From Laetmonice hystrix (lineage: Eukaryota): 64,000 nucleotides of DNA. Both the position numbers and the translations under genes were made by a program. Below the pieces are notes generated by a model. It did no database searches. It worked only from the letters and a program-made list of their open reading frames with translations, and had not been told where the DNA came from. Positions 12,701-27,700 of the stretch are shown piece after piece. The DNA lies in NCBI GenBank assembly GCA_965235115.1, contig OZ249452.1, forward strand, positions 21,080,001 through 21,144,000. Direction: 5' to 3'. Position 1 is the first letter of the stretch. Each line of letters begins with the position of its first letter.

Positions 12701-15700
12701 AAGCATGCTGTAGAGTTTGTAAACGCTCACAAATAGGATATGGATGTGAAGAAACACACCTGGTTTTCTCCTATCATAATTTCATCTTTTTATAATGATT
12801 GAAAGGTGACCTGCATTATGAATGTGTTGATGTACGGCTTGGTATCATTCCATGCACCATTAGCTACACATGCTTCAAGTGTTATGAAAAAAACTTTCCC
12901 TCTGGACATCACTTCAACAAGGTGACAAACAGCTCTGCTAACCTGTGACCTTGCAACTCAGCTTGATGGTTTCGCCGACATCGACTACGGTCGGTTCAGG
13001 TGCAATCACAATTTGTGGACCTTCTGCATCCTCATCATCTTCTTCCTCACTGTCCGATGGTTCCTGGATCGTGAAACTCTGCCTTGTCTCGACGGCAGAT
13101 GCCCCAAAGTCTGTGTCAGCGACCTCCTTGACAGCGAGTCCCTTGGGCAGGCCTTCTTCCCTGAAGGTGGTTGTTGTCATGCCTCCCTTCCCTACCGACA
13201 CCTGCTCCTTCTCAGAACTCTCGACAACTTTGCCATCAACAATGGTCTGTGTGAAGGATCTGACAGTGTGACTGGACTCGTCGACAGACTCGGTCGGGGC
13301 GGATTTACCGACTAGCACGCTGACGGTGAAGTTAAAGCTTCCCTTGGAGTTGTGGGCCTTCACCACATAGTCTCCAGCATCATCTTTGGTGGCATCCTTG
13401 ATGACCAAGGAATAAATGTCAGACTTCATGTCCCAGTCTGTCTTCATCCTTCGGTCCCATTTTCTTGGCTTGATTTGCTTGTCATCCTTATGCCATGTGA
13501 CATCTGGATCAGGGTCACCTATTGTAAGGTCAAAGACGCACGCTAAAGCACAACGATTCTAGGCAACCACACACAGAACACGGCAGTCCATATTGGGATC
13601 GGCTGCTCAAGTTAAATAATTATAGTAAAGTTTGATGTGATAAGGGATGATAATATGTCACTCTAAAATCTGGGAGTACAAATTTATGATGAGGGAATGA
13701 TTCGTCTCAATTAATGCGAAAAAGCTATAAGAGTTCTATAAGTGAATTAATGGGGGATATATAACCTAATAATTACAGGGCATGAGATAAAAAAAAACCT
13801 GAAAAATACTAGACAAAGAGAGAAACCCGTATTACCATATGACATTATAACCGTATGCATATATACATCTTTACACAACTGAAATAGCTTTGAGGTGAGT
13901 GTAGCTGTTTAGTAGACGGCATGCACACAAAAGTTCACAACTTCAACACCATCCCTCCCAACAGCAGTTCTTCCCTGACCGAAAATACAGACAAAACACT
14001 GAAGCATTCAACAATGAAGACAACAAAAAACAGAGAGAAAAGATTCAAAACCTGCTCCTTCAAAAAAGGTAATAATAAAAAATACACCCTTGACGAATTT
14101 CAGTAATCATAAAACTGATTCCTAATGCCATTATCATCGCTATTCCCCCTTAACGTTTGGTGAGCTTTCAAAACTAAATAACTTCTTCGCTGCTAATTTC
14201 GCTGATTAAAAAACACTTTGCGAAGTTTATCTACAGTGGAGTTAATAATTCCACCAATGCTATTCAATCTTTACAATGTAAATTATATTAGATCAAAGCG
14301 TAGAAGCTGGATTTCGTCTACTGCACTCCGTAGAGTATATTCACTGGTGGGGAATAAGAAAGTTGGTAATAAACAGGGGAAGCATGGATGTACGTATAGC
14401 AGTATTGGGAGGACTGGGATTATAAAATTAATGGGCGAATACTGGCTCCTTGATACCTTGGCTGAGTAAGCTTCTTTTTTTACAGCCAGCAAGGTATCAA
14501 AGGTATTTGTTCAGTAAGCTTTCACAGACTCGCAGGAGGAGGAGGTATCGTCCACATTCCTGGAGTGGAACCTGGAGCAGGGTGCAGCATGTTGTTGGTA
14601 CATGATGCTGGGATGATTCGCATTGAATCGGAACATCTGCCTAACCTGAGACTTTGCATGTCAGCTTGATGGTGCCTCCCACATCCACAACTTGTGGTTC
14701 AGGAGCCTGCGTAAACTTTGGGCTGCTGCCTTCATCCTCCGAATCGCTGGGCGATGAAACGCCCTCTAGTGTTACAGTTCGGAACTCTGTGACCGTCTCC
14801 TTGACCACTTCTTGAAGCAGCTGTGTTGGCTCTGTTTTAGCCTTCAATTCTGCCTTGGCAGCCTTAGTCTCTTCAGCAGGAACCGTTTCTGTTGATACTT
14901 CTTCTATGACTTCGAGTTTGTCATCGGTCATCTTTGTGCCAAATTTAATCTCAGACACTCCAGCTTGCCTTTCACCAGTACGTTTTTCAGAAACAGCCGT
15001 GTCAATGACCTTTCCATCTACGACGGTTTCTTCTATGACAGTGACAGTTTCACTGAAGTCTACAGCCTTTGGTGATTCAGGACCACTGTCCGTAGATTTG
15101 GGTATCTCAAGGGTTGTATCGGAAACCTTAGCTTTGGCTGCCTTAGATTCAGCCTTTGCCACTTTGACACTGTCTTTAGGTTTGGCGGCTTTAGAGCCAA
15201 CAGCCTCTGGTTTGCTTTCGGTCTTAGGCACCTTAGCAACGAGAGGCTTGCCAACAGTAACACTAACAGTTTTGGAACAGTCGCCTTGTCTGTTTTTGGC
15301 ACTGACTTTGTATTCACCCGCGTCACGGGTGTAGGCCTTGTTGATTGTTAGCGTGTAAGTATCCTTGGTCAGGTCCTTGTCAACAACGATTCTCCGGTCC
15401 CACTTTTTGGGCATGATGACAACCCTCCCTTGGTACCATGTCACTAAAGGTCGAGGTTTCCCTGAAGAGTAATACTCAGATATTCAAAAAAAGACAATAT
15501 CATACAGTGGGAATACGGATTTTTTTTTCAAGTCCTTTTGGCTCCCCCGAAATTTTCCTCCTTTTTTCTGGGCAGGCCATTTGGTTTTACGACTTGAATA
15601 CCAAGGAGGTCAGAGGGAATTAAACTGTATTGAGGGTTTACAACAAATTTTATAGGGAAACAGTACACAGAACGTTACAAATTTCTCCTTACAAAACTGG

Positions 15701-18700
15701 AACGTTGCACAACTTACAAAAATTGAAAACAGAACACTGTCCTACCATCTGACATATTTTTGGCATAATAACAAGAATGTTTGAATGGTGAAAAAACAGA
15801 AACCAAACCACAAGACCAGGAACTTTCCAAGCAGAAATTGATTAGATCTGAACAGTGAGAGGGAGGGGGGGGGGAGGCTGGAGTATAAAGAGATAACACT
15901 AACGTGGGTTAGACCAGTCAGACTGCCTAAACGTACTCTGTTAGCCATGATTACCACCAATTTCATTGGGAATCACTTCTAGCAAGTTGAACAGGGGAGA
16001 AGGTAGAAACATCTTTAGTGTAGGTACGATCATCCCACGGTTAGAAGGGTATCAAACTCATCAAGAGACACGTCAATCTGTCCAGTTTCAGACTCAGAGT
16101 TAAGTAAGCATATTAAGTCCACTGCCAAAGGTAATAAAGAGTAAGGGTAACTTAGAGCTAGCAGCAGCCATCATTGCCTCCTGACCTGTGACTTTGCAGG
16201 AGAGTTTGATGGTTCCCCCAACGTCCACAGCAACGGGCTCGGGAGATATCTCAAAAGTTGGAGCTCCTGGGACTGCCTTCTTCTTCTCTGGGACCTTCTT
16301 CTCGGTCTTCTCCTGGACCTTCTCGGTGACCACCTCAACAGATGTCTCCATGGCAGCAGCAGACGCTGTCTGGGATGACTCCACAGTTGACTCAACCTCG
16401 GATGTCACCTTTGACTCAACTACTGGTTCAGCTGAAACTGCCCCTTCAGAGGTGGTGGACGACACCGTTTTGGTAACAGTCATTGACTGGGTTGATTCTA
16501 CAGTTTCAACTTTCTCCGTGGTAGGGGTAGTCTTGCCCACAACAACGTTAACCTTCAGGGTAAACCCACCGTGACAGTTTTTGGCTTCCACGGCATATTC
16601 ACCAGCGTCACTGTCTCTGGCGTTGTCAATCGTAAGGACATAAAGGTCCTCAGCCATTTTCCAGTCTATCTGCACGCGCTTGTCCCATTTCCGTGGTTTG
16701 ATGGGTTTGTCGCCCTTGTACCACGTTACTTCAGGTTCTGGGTCGCCTGTTTCAAAGTAGTCAACCAAGTAACCCTATACGAAAACCCCAACTAAAATAG
16801 TCTACAGGTAAAACAGGTCTTACGGTTGCCCCAGAAATAGAACTTAAAATACTGCGCCAGAGACTTCTCACACCATAATGTTAAGTTTGCCTTACAACGG
16901 TAAGGATAAAAAATATGGTACAACCGAAGCTGCAATTCTTGCACGTTATTCTTCGATTTCCTTTGGTAATACAAGTTGATGTTTTTGCCAAGATATGTGA
17001 AAAAATTAAAGAGATGCAATAATTAAAATAAAACTCTGAGGCACCAATAATAGAATAAAACTTTCGGTAGCATAACCAGCAGTACATCAGCAATTGTCAA
17101 TTTAACTTTGACAATTCAAAGGACAATGAACAGCAAATTATTCCAGATAAAACTTCCGTCAGACAATATGAGAACAAGTCAGACTGTTAACTCTGGCCGC
17201 GACCCAATAGGGATGAGGGAAGGGTTGAAATAGGACTGTCAATGTCAATATAAACACAGCACACCTCTAGCTTCACTCAGTCATGTTTAACCATAGCCTC
17301 AGTCAATGATGAGCAGGATTAGGAGGAAGGATTGAACAGTAACAATGTCAGTATGAACCTGGTAAGGTTTAACGAGAACACGGTTTATGTGTGTGACGAA
17401 ACACCACAAGAAGACCGACAACTTCAGGTTGAGCATATGATGATGGCATTCCTCAGTGGGGCAAACAATGACACACAATAAATCTGTATGGGTAATAATG
17501 AGATCATGCCTTACGGGAATTCACTCCTCATTTTGAACATAACAATCACAGATGCCACCCCAAACCATCGAAACAACATTATGAATATATAAAAGCATTC
17601 AATCTAACCTGTAACTTTGGTGGTCAGACGAATGGTTTCCCCGAGGTCCACACAAACTGGCTCCGGAGCAACTTCAATGGTCGGAGCGCCAGAATCCTCT
17701 TCTTCCTCTGATTCAGAAGAATCAGGTTCTTCCACCTGTCCAACCGTCTCTTCTTCAGCCCCCGGTTTGATTTCTATTTCTTTGACCTCCTCGACCAACA
17801 GTGAGGCTTGTGTCTCCTCAACTGGAGCGGTTTTTATCTCCTGGACAGATGTTTCCTTTGTGACTGTTTCACCGTCAACAGTTTCCATAACCTTCTCCTG
17901 TTTGCTGACCTTCTCCATTTTAACTTCTCCATCCACGACGGTTTGCTGCACTGTGGTCACTGACCTACTTGATTCTAGGACCTCCGTGACCTTGGGCTTG
18001 CCAACAACCACACTGATTGTGTATGTGTAATGACCAACTGAGTTTTCAGCCTTTATTGTGTATTCGCCAGCATCCTCCTTCCTGGCACATTTTATGATTA
18101 ATTCGTACTCATCAGTCTCCATGTTCCAGTCGATTTGAATGCGTTTGTCATATTTCCTGACTTTAATTTGCTTGTCAGCCTTGTAGAAAGTGACATCTGG
18201 GCTGGGATCTCCTATGATAAACATGACAAAGCAACCATTTAATGTCAGTCTCTCTACTATCAGAGCAACTATAGCAGACAAGATGAGAAAACACCAGTAT
18301 TATTACTACACTACAGTTATTCAAGAATACAAACAGTGCAGCTTTATATCAAATTTTAAAAGTGGACCATTATTTACTTTAAACCAAATTTACTTTAACC
18401 CAAGTGTTTCACCATTCATTTTAACATATCGTTTTCATTGAAGAGGTTATATATATTTTTTTACACATTTTATGGTGACCTTACCTGAGAATTTACATTT
18501 GATGTGGATTGTTTCGTCAACATCAACGATAACAGGCTCAGGAGTGATCTCCATCTTTGGGGCCCCTGATGGCACTTCCTCGACTTCAGCAATCTCCTCG
18601 CAAACAGGGACAGACGCTTCCTGGGTAACGCTCACTGAAACATCCTCTGCAACATCTCCTGAGACAGTTACAGTGGCTGAAACGTCTTCCGTAACAGATG

Positions 18701-21700
18701 AGGAAACACTTTCTGAAACCTCCTGGGTCACAGTTGCCAAAACCTCCTCGCTGACAACTGCTGAAACTTCAATGGTCTCTTTTTCCTTGGTCACTTCCTG
18801 TTCAGCCTCCTCAACAGTGGCTGAAACCTCAGCTTCCTCTTTCTGTTCCTGAACAGTGACTGAAACTTCAGCTTCTTCTTTCTCGACAGTGGCTGAAACC
18901 TCAACTTCCTCTTTCTGCTCTTTAACAGTGGCTGAAACCTCAGCTTCCTCTTTCTGTTCCTGAACAGTGACTGAAACTTCAGCTTCTCCTTTCTCGACAG
19001 TGGCTGAAACCTCAACTTTCTCTTTCTGCTCTTCAACAGTGGCTGAAACCTCAACTTCCTCTTTCTGCTCTTCAACAGTGGCTGAAACCTCAACTTCCTC
19101 TTTCTGTTCCTGAACAGTGACTGAAACTTCAGCTTCTTCTTTCTGTTCCTGCTCTTCGACAGTGATTGAAGCCTCAGCTTCTGCCTCAACAGTAGCTGAA
19201 ACCTCAACATCCGTCTTCTGCTCCTCAACAGTGGCTGAAACCTCAGCTACCTTTTCCTCTGCTGTCACTGACACCTCAACCTCTTGTGTTACCTCCTCAG
19301 CAGTGACCTCTGCTGTTGTTTCTAATACTGCGACCTCCACAGAGGTAGAGGTATCTACCTCCTCGACTGACAGTGCTGCTTCTGCCTCCTTGACGCCTTC
19401 CACAACCAGTGACGACTCTGTTCCTGCCGTGGACACTTCAAAGGTTTTGACCTCTTCAACTGCAGGTTCCTCTGTAGAAGAGATTTGAATTGTGGTTGCA
19501 GTCTCGACCACGCTTTCTTCCACCTGCATATCGGCAGTTGATTCCTGTGTGACGGACACAGTTTGCGACGATTCAACACTTTCTGTTATTTGAACCTCTG
19601 CAGCTTTACCAACTATGACGGTAACGGTGAATCGGGCTGTGCCGCCTTTGTTTGTGGCTATAACGGTGTATTCCCCTGCGTCAGCGGCAGTGACGTTCTT
19701 GATGACTAGAATGTTGAGGTCTTCAGCCATGTCCCAGTCGATCTTTATTCGCTTATCGTATTTCTTGGGTTTGATCTGATCTTCGCCTTTGCACCAGGTG
19801 ACCTCTGGTTCGGGGTCGCCTAATGGGTGAAACACCGTACTCATCAAGTTCTCTCCTGTAACTTGCTTTTTTTGATAGATTCAGCAGGAAACTTAGTGCT
19901 GTGTCTATCAGGCTGAGGTCTCTTGATTATGACTGAAAACTCTCTAGACCTGGCAAAATATTCTTCAAGTATGATTGGCAAATAAGAACATCAAGCATAG
20001 CTCTGATTGATATGGTAATATATAAGTAAAATATTCCCTGCATTATGGTTCCATGGGCACGAGGTTTACAATATTGCACGCTAAGGTTGGACATCCTATG
20101 CCAGCAGGAAAACATCAAATACATAATGTAACATATTTACATGATGATTGGCTAGCCACCATTTATAGAGATCATACAGAAAAGTTGTGGAAATACATTT
20201 GTAAGTGTTTGCATATGGAGTCACCAATGTATCACATACTGGAACCTGGAAAAGTGAAACACACCTTGGAATGTTTATGAGGAATGGGTAATGACATGAT
20301 GAAACTTGTCTTCATGAAACCACTGACAGTCAGTCATGTTACAATCATGTTGTTTCTTACTTGTATGAGGGAGAAATCACACGCGTTCTATTACACAGAG
20401 TCATGCTTAAAGGTGAAGACATGTTGCTCCTGAAATTGCAGAGAGCGCTTGCAGGCGCATGAAGATATGACATATGTTCAAGATCAACACTGAAAACAGC
20501 GCAATCCAGACATATGCAATACAGGCATCATGGTTCCTAATGCAAGTATTATATTACACTCTAAAATAAAACACTGACTCAAGTATTTACAGGAAGTTAA
20601 GTCAAGGAATGAGAACTATGGTTATAGTGCAGCTTCATCCTAACTTGATGTCAGTATAGTAATAACACACTCACACCTAAACATTGATCCTCTGGGTTGT
20701 CCAATGGCCAATGTTTGAAATGCTACCTCATGCGTACCCAGGTAACCCTAGCTGTTATAACAACAGTAACACAGGTCTGCAATAGAAGCACATTTTAGTA
20801 ATAACCAGCAGCTTTTATTTTTAGACATGTGCGTAGGGATCTTCTTGAGCTCACATATAGCATTTGAATACCAACTGTATTGAGTACCGGTTTGTTATGA
20901 ACGCATGCGCCTATTGAAGACTGTATCCAGGGGCACTGTGCACCGATATCCAAGTCAACCAGTGACTACGTAAGCAACCAATAACAACAGATGCACATGC
21001 AGATGCAGGTTGCCTGCAGTGGATATTATAATGATGAACAGTGATGATAATATACAGTAGAAATCACGGGATGGAATGGTTTGAAGAAGGAAAGTTGTCT
21101 AACCTGAGACTCTGCACGTCAGTCGAATTGTTTCTCCGACGTCAACGACTGTTGGTTCTGGCGGAATGACAATCTTTGGTGCCCTCTTGTCCCCTTCAGG
21201 CTCTTTGGCTTCAGCTTCTGGGGCCTTGATGTCTTCGACAACCTCTTCTACTACTTCCACAGTTTTGGCGACTTCTTTTGCTTCTGATACTTCGACCTTT
21301 GACTCCTCGACACCTGCTGTGACTGTGACTTTTTGGACTTCTTCTTCATCTGCCTTTTCAACCTGGACGTCCTTCTTCTCAACACGATCCACAACCTCAC
21401 CATCAACAATCGTCTCTTGAGTAGAAGTTGTCGTCCTGGTAGTTTCCACAATCTTGGCACCTTCAGGCCTGCCGACTAGAACACTGACAGTGAATTTGAA
21501 GCTGCCAAACTTGTTCTCCGCTTTGACGGTGTAGTCCCCGGCATCCTCTTTAGTGGCTTCCTTGATGGTCAGAGTGTAGAGATCTGTTTTCATGTCCCAG
21601 TCAGTTTTTATCCGCTGGTCGTACTTCTTAGGTTTCACCTGCTTCTCACCTCGGAACCACATCACCTCCGGCTCTGGGTCACCTACAGGGGAGGAGCACG

Positions 21701-24700
21701 CACTGAGGTCAAATACAATTCTACCTTTTTCTTTAATACCAGATAATAACAAAAAGTTTTGTTTCTCTTTGCTTTGTCTCAGCAGTATTATGCCATAATA
21801 TTATTCAATTTAGGCCAATGTTGTAACCCAAACCAATATCACAAAATTTGGAGGCATTTGCTAAGAGTGTGACCTTTAATGTTGTGACTTTTATAGGAAA
21901 TACAACATCATTGTACCCACAAATATCCATCAAAAGGTCTTCACGTGGATATTTCATTGATCATGTATTATCTTAGAATTCGGGTCTAGAAGATCAAACC
22001 ACTTATTTAAACATTGACCTTTGCTGTAAGTTGTAGCTGGAAATATGTTTTACAATAACAATTTACAGAGCTGAAATGGAACGCTGCAGTTAGGAACAAT
22101 AAATCATGCTTACATGCACCACAAAGAAACCACAGTAGAACAAAGAGTCATCACTTCATTTAAAATAAATAAATATATGAGATCTACTGTAACATAACTA
22201 ATTTCATAGGCTGCGACTAAGACCTGTTGCTGAAAAAAAGGAAACATATTGTCTAAAATGTATAAATTAATTATTATGAATAAAAACATATGCCTAATAA
22301 AATCAAATAAATGATGTCCACTATCACAGAATCATGTAAATCAATGGAAACAGCAGAAATAAGGATTTGTCTGTATACTATGTCCACACAAGCAGGCCCT
22401 TTCAAGCTTGTTTACTTTCCATCCTAAGTAGCAATCACACTCGTTCAGTTTAACCTGAGATTTTGCAGGATAAGATGAGGGTTTCTCCAACGTCAACAAA
22501 CTTGGCCTCGGGAGGGATGACAAGCTTGGGAGCCTGGCCCTCTGGTGGAGACACTGCAGCCTCGGAGTCTTCGGATGATGACTCTGATAAAGATTCAGAA
22601 TCTGATGAAGAGCTAACATCGTCCCATGGTTTCTTTGTTTTCGTTGGTGGCTCGTCCTCTTTGACCTTCTGCGTTTCCTTACCCACTGACTCTTCCTCCT
22701 CCTCTCTGACCTTTTTGACCTTGACAAGAACCTCCTCTAGGGATGAGACTTCTGGACTCATCTCAATCTCGGGAACATACTCGGAGGTCATGACATCTTG
22801 AACTTCATAAGACACAACTGACTCTGTGGTGGTGACGGTCTCACTACTCTCAACTTCAGTTGACCTTTCAGCTGACCTTTCTGAGCTTTTCCTGTATCCT
22901 AGAGGTTTTCCTACGACCACAACCACTGTAAACTTGAAGCTGCCATGTGGGTTGGAAGCTCGGACTGTGTACTCTCCTCCATCATCTCGAGACGCTTCCT
23001 TAATGACGAGACGTGCTAAACCCTGTGTGACGTCATAATCTGTCCTCATTCGTTTGTCTCCTTCCTTTGGCGGTAAGAGTTCTCCGGCCTTGTACCAAGT
23101 GACCTTTGGCTCTGGGTCACCTAAATATGGACATGTCATGTAGAGAGTTGTAAATGAAAATCAGTAGTACTTTTTCACTAATTATTTTCATTCTACCATG
23201 ACCTTTAAGTTTACTGTCTTAACTTTAGGAATTCCACTCTAGTGTGGCGAAATATTGCTTTCTATATCTGTTATAAAATTCCCCTCAATCCATAACTAGT
23301 GAAACCCTAGATTGACAAAGATACAAAGAAAATGATTCAGATAATCGTACTGAGAGAAAACCAAACAGAGCAACACTAACATTGTTGTATGACGACACGG
23401 TTGCTAGACATACTACCAAACAGAGCAACACTAACATTGTTGAATGACGAAACGGTTGCTAGACAGACTAACACATTGCAGCACTGAAATGACACAACTC
23501 TAGGTTTTAGTCGTAACTTGTCCCAAGAAGACGAGAACTTGCAACTTCATCCAAAACACGGCCTCTTTAACTTTTGTCTATTTCACTTATGAAGACGGTT
23601 CATACCTTCTATGTGCCGCTTCTCACTTCAAGACTTGCAGACCTAACACACATACACATGTCAACATTCTGGGCATAAACGCCGCCAGAAAATGTCAAAG
23701 GCCAGGCAAGTCACTAGGATCTACCTAGTAGAACAAGAACACGAAGCAACTAGTTTGTGTATTAGCAGGGACCATCCCCTTTAAATTAGCCGCAAAGGGC
23801 AGAAAGTTTCTATGAGAACATTTTCTAGTTAACTATGGCAACTTGTTATGGAAACTTGCTACAATGTCAGTCTAAGAAAAGTTGCAGAACTGACAAGGTA
23901 TTCCAACCTGAGACGATGCAGGAAAGTTGCAGCGTTTCTCCAGGGTCGACATATGCAGGCTCAGGAGGTCTGATGAATTTAGGAGGTTGGTATTTGTCAT
24001 CAGAAACCATGTCACTCTGTTCTCTCCCCTGTTTAATGGCTGCCTCTGTGATAGCTTCCGTCCTCATAGCCAGCCTTTCCGCTGTACTTTCCTCTTTTAC
24101 AGATTTCTCTTTCTTTGTTTCAGTAACTGAGACACCATCAGAGAATTCTGAAGTAGTTTTGGTTCGGACTGTTATATCATGTGACTTCAGGATTTCTGCC
24201 ATTTCCAAACTGGACAGGTCAGAGGCGGCACTGCTCTTTCTTGACCATTCAACAACCTCATCAACAATAACCGAGGTGGTCACCTCGGATGAGGAACTGT
24301 CCCTCTGTGACCTCTCGTAAACCTGGTCCACAATGACCGTCCTCTCTATACCCTCGCCGTCGTCACCAGAGGGGTAGTCATGTGGTACAGCTGGCTTGGA
24401 TTTCTCCCTGGAGGAGGAACGCTTAGAGCTCTTCCTGCCAGTGGGAGGTTTACCAACGGCCACGACAACGGTCAATTTGAAGCTGCCATGTTTATTGACA
24501 ACCTTCACTGTGTATTCTCCACCATCTGACGGCCAGCCATGTTTCAGGGACAAAGTGCTGACTCCGGTCTCTGCATCAAATCCAATCTGTACTCTGTCAC
24601 CTTCCTCTGAAATAATCTCTTCTCCTGACTTGAACCATATAACCTCTGGTACGGGATCACCTAAGACAGTGGAGGTAGTTTATACACTAATACAGGCCGT

Positions 24701-27700
24701 TTGGTCAGAATTAAAAACACCAATTACTTATGACTTGAGCTCTGATCACCAGATAAAGCACAGATAACAGAATGAGGGCCACACAGAAATAAATTATAAC
24801 TTACAAGACAAGAAAGCACAAAAATTACCTGAACAGAAAAGGTATAACCCTCAGAAAAGGGTAACTTTACAATGTACCATTGTAACTTTACAATGTACCA
24901 TTGTAACTTTACAATGTACCATTGCTATTAATGCTAGGAGATACTCGATAAGAAGCGAACCTGTGACTCTGCAGGAGAGTTTGATTGGGTCTCCTACATC
25001 AATGTAAAGTGGCTGTGGAGGTTCAAGGAACCGCGGTGGTTCACCCTCTTCTGAAGATGTCGCCTCTGAGGTAGAATCTTCTTCCCAGGGTTTTGGGGCT
25101 CCTATACGTGGTTCCTGCTGCTGGCTGGCAGCCTCACTCAACACAACTTCTTCCCCCTTACTGTCTTCAATGTTATATGGTATGGCTTTAATTTCTGCTG
25201 AGACATCACGGCTTCTCGCGTCCTCGAAATCCTCCGTTGACTGGTCTCTTGTGACGACCTTCTGGATGACTCCTCCATCAATGAGTGTCTCTTCCACTAC
25301 AGTAGTAGTTTTTCTGGTTTCTGAGACTCGCCGAACCAGTGAATGGGCCACCCCGGGTTGCTCTTTGTCAGGCTGACCAACGATAACGACAACTGTGAAC
25401 TTGAAGCTGCCAAACTGATTGCTTGCTTTCACTGTGTAATCTCCACTGTCTTCAATCTCAGCGTTTTGAATGGTCAACCGACTTAGTCCTTGTTTGACGT
25501 CATAGTCGAGTCGAATCCTTGAGTCTCCCTTCTTAGGTACTACAGGTGCATCGAATTTATACCAAGTGACCTCAGGTAAGGGGTCGCCTACATGAAAAAG
25601 GAGTCAAATTATGAACGGCTAAGCTAGGAGAGCAGTGTACATTGCAACTATTCAGTAAAGTATAGACTACATTTCAAATTAACCCTTGAAAATGTGCAAA
25701 TACTTTCAAAACTCTTAACGTTTAATTAAAATTTTATAAGGAAAATTGGGATTATCTTTTATCGTTGACCCGTTCCACAAATTAAATCGACGATCACCAA
25801 GGTTTATGTAAAAATTGATTTTCTAGCATAATGATGCTACTTCTAATGCTACTCGCTACTGATCTAATTAACCTACAGTTGTCCTGCTCTACAAGGCTAC
25901 TACATGATCCTCTGTCTACATGTCACCTAACACTGTACATGAGACAATACTAAACACGGTAGGCACTCCAGACACCCAAGTACTTGCTATACACTAACTA
26001 TTAAAGCAGCCAGGTCAAGACATCTAGCCTTCTATTTTGCTACGATAAAGTAGCAGTGACTAAAACGACGTCTCTAGACGCAAGCACAGAAAGAGCTTTG
26101 ATGGTTTTCCAACCTGAAACTTGGCAGATCAACTTGATGATTTCGCCTAAATCCACAAAGACGGGTTCTGGAGGCTGCACAAACTTGGGAGGCTCCCCCT
26201 CCTCCTCTGATGATGATTCCTCATCCCAAGGGACCGTTTTTTTCTTTGGTACCATGGGAATTTTGTCTCGTCCTTCTGGTTCAGTTGACTTTAGCCTATC
26301 AGGAGTTAGTTCATCTTCAATTTCTTCAATACGGAAACTTGATTTATCACGTGGAGTATCATCTGGTTGCTCTTCAGTGATTTCGTTCTTGACGGTACGC
26401 TCCACAACCTTTCCATCTACAATGGTTTCTTGCACCACTGAAACTGACCGTTTCGTGGTGATGGTTTTCGTGATTTTTGTCTCTGCTGGTTTCACCATGT
26501 CTTTGTCAGCAGCAACGATGACTGTGATTCTGTACTTGAAACTGCCGTGGTCATTGGCTGCTAGTACAATGTATTCTCCAGCATCGTCAGTGTCAGCATC
26601 ACGTATGATGAGAATAGAGATGCCTTGGTCAGAGTCACAGTCAATAGTAATGCGAGTATCATCGACATCGGGCACAATGGGACTCTCACCTTTGTACCAT
26701 GTAACTTCTGGCACTGGGTCACCTGGTACATGTAAAAAAAGTTAGTCAATATTAATCTCATCCTTTCTTTGTTTAAAATCACTTTAAGACTGTGTTAAGT
26801 TTCGTAGCCGTGTTATTTGACACTTATTTTTATAATGAATTATCGTCTACTCACATTACTCGCCCTGTTAAAAGTTCCTATGATTTGTACACCATTACTC
26901 GCCCTGTTAAAAGTTCCTATGATTTGTACACCATTACTCGCCCTGTTAAAAGTTCCTATGATTTGTACACCATTACTCGCCCTGTTAAAAGTTCCTATGA
27001 TTTGTACACCATTACTCGCCCTGTTAAAAGTTCCTATGATTTGTACACCATTACTCGCCCTGTTAAAAGTTCCTATGATTTGTACACCATTACTCGCCCT
27101 GTTAAAAGTTCCTATGATTTGTACACCATTACTCGCCCTGTTAAAAGTTCCTATGATTTGTACACCATTACTCGCCCTGTTAAAAGTTCCTATGATTTGT
27201 ACACCATTACTCGCCCTGTTAAAAGTTCCTATGATTTGTACACCATTAACTGTAACGTTTCTTAAATCTTGATGTGGAGTAATGTGGAGGCTAAATCAAT
27301 TGATTTCCTCACACAGCTAACAGTTTGCACCTTTCTCTGTGATCTGGACAACTTTAGAACATGTCTACATCAAAAACTACTTTCTTTCAACTCAACACAA
27401 GTCGGAAATATTCCGGAAATATTCGGAAAATATTGCTCGTGATATTAAAACAGCGTTGTTACAATGTAACAGACCATCTTCGTCATCTTTAAATTCGCTG
27501 TCTGCAGTCTGGTTTAATCACAACAGAGAATCTGAAAGGTAATGTCAGGTAAACACTGTAAAAATATCAACCTCCCTCGATATTCCATGGGAAACTGAAG
27601 AAATGTCAATCCAACTAACCAAAGATAAGAATTGGTAACTGGCCCCAGAAAATAAGTCAATGGGAACAAATAACAAATAGCACTGAATCAAGATGAAGCA

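Noticed and set aside
26792-27272. Two + strand ORFs of 151-157 aa, and a CRISPR-like look
   Set aside because: Products of a 39-bp (3n) perfect minisatellite. There are no unique spacers, no cas genes, and the context is a eukaryotic intron.
27402-27436. Short ggaaatattc near-palindromic triplet
   Set aside because: Too short and degenerate to distinguish from chance in AT-rich intron DNA.
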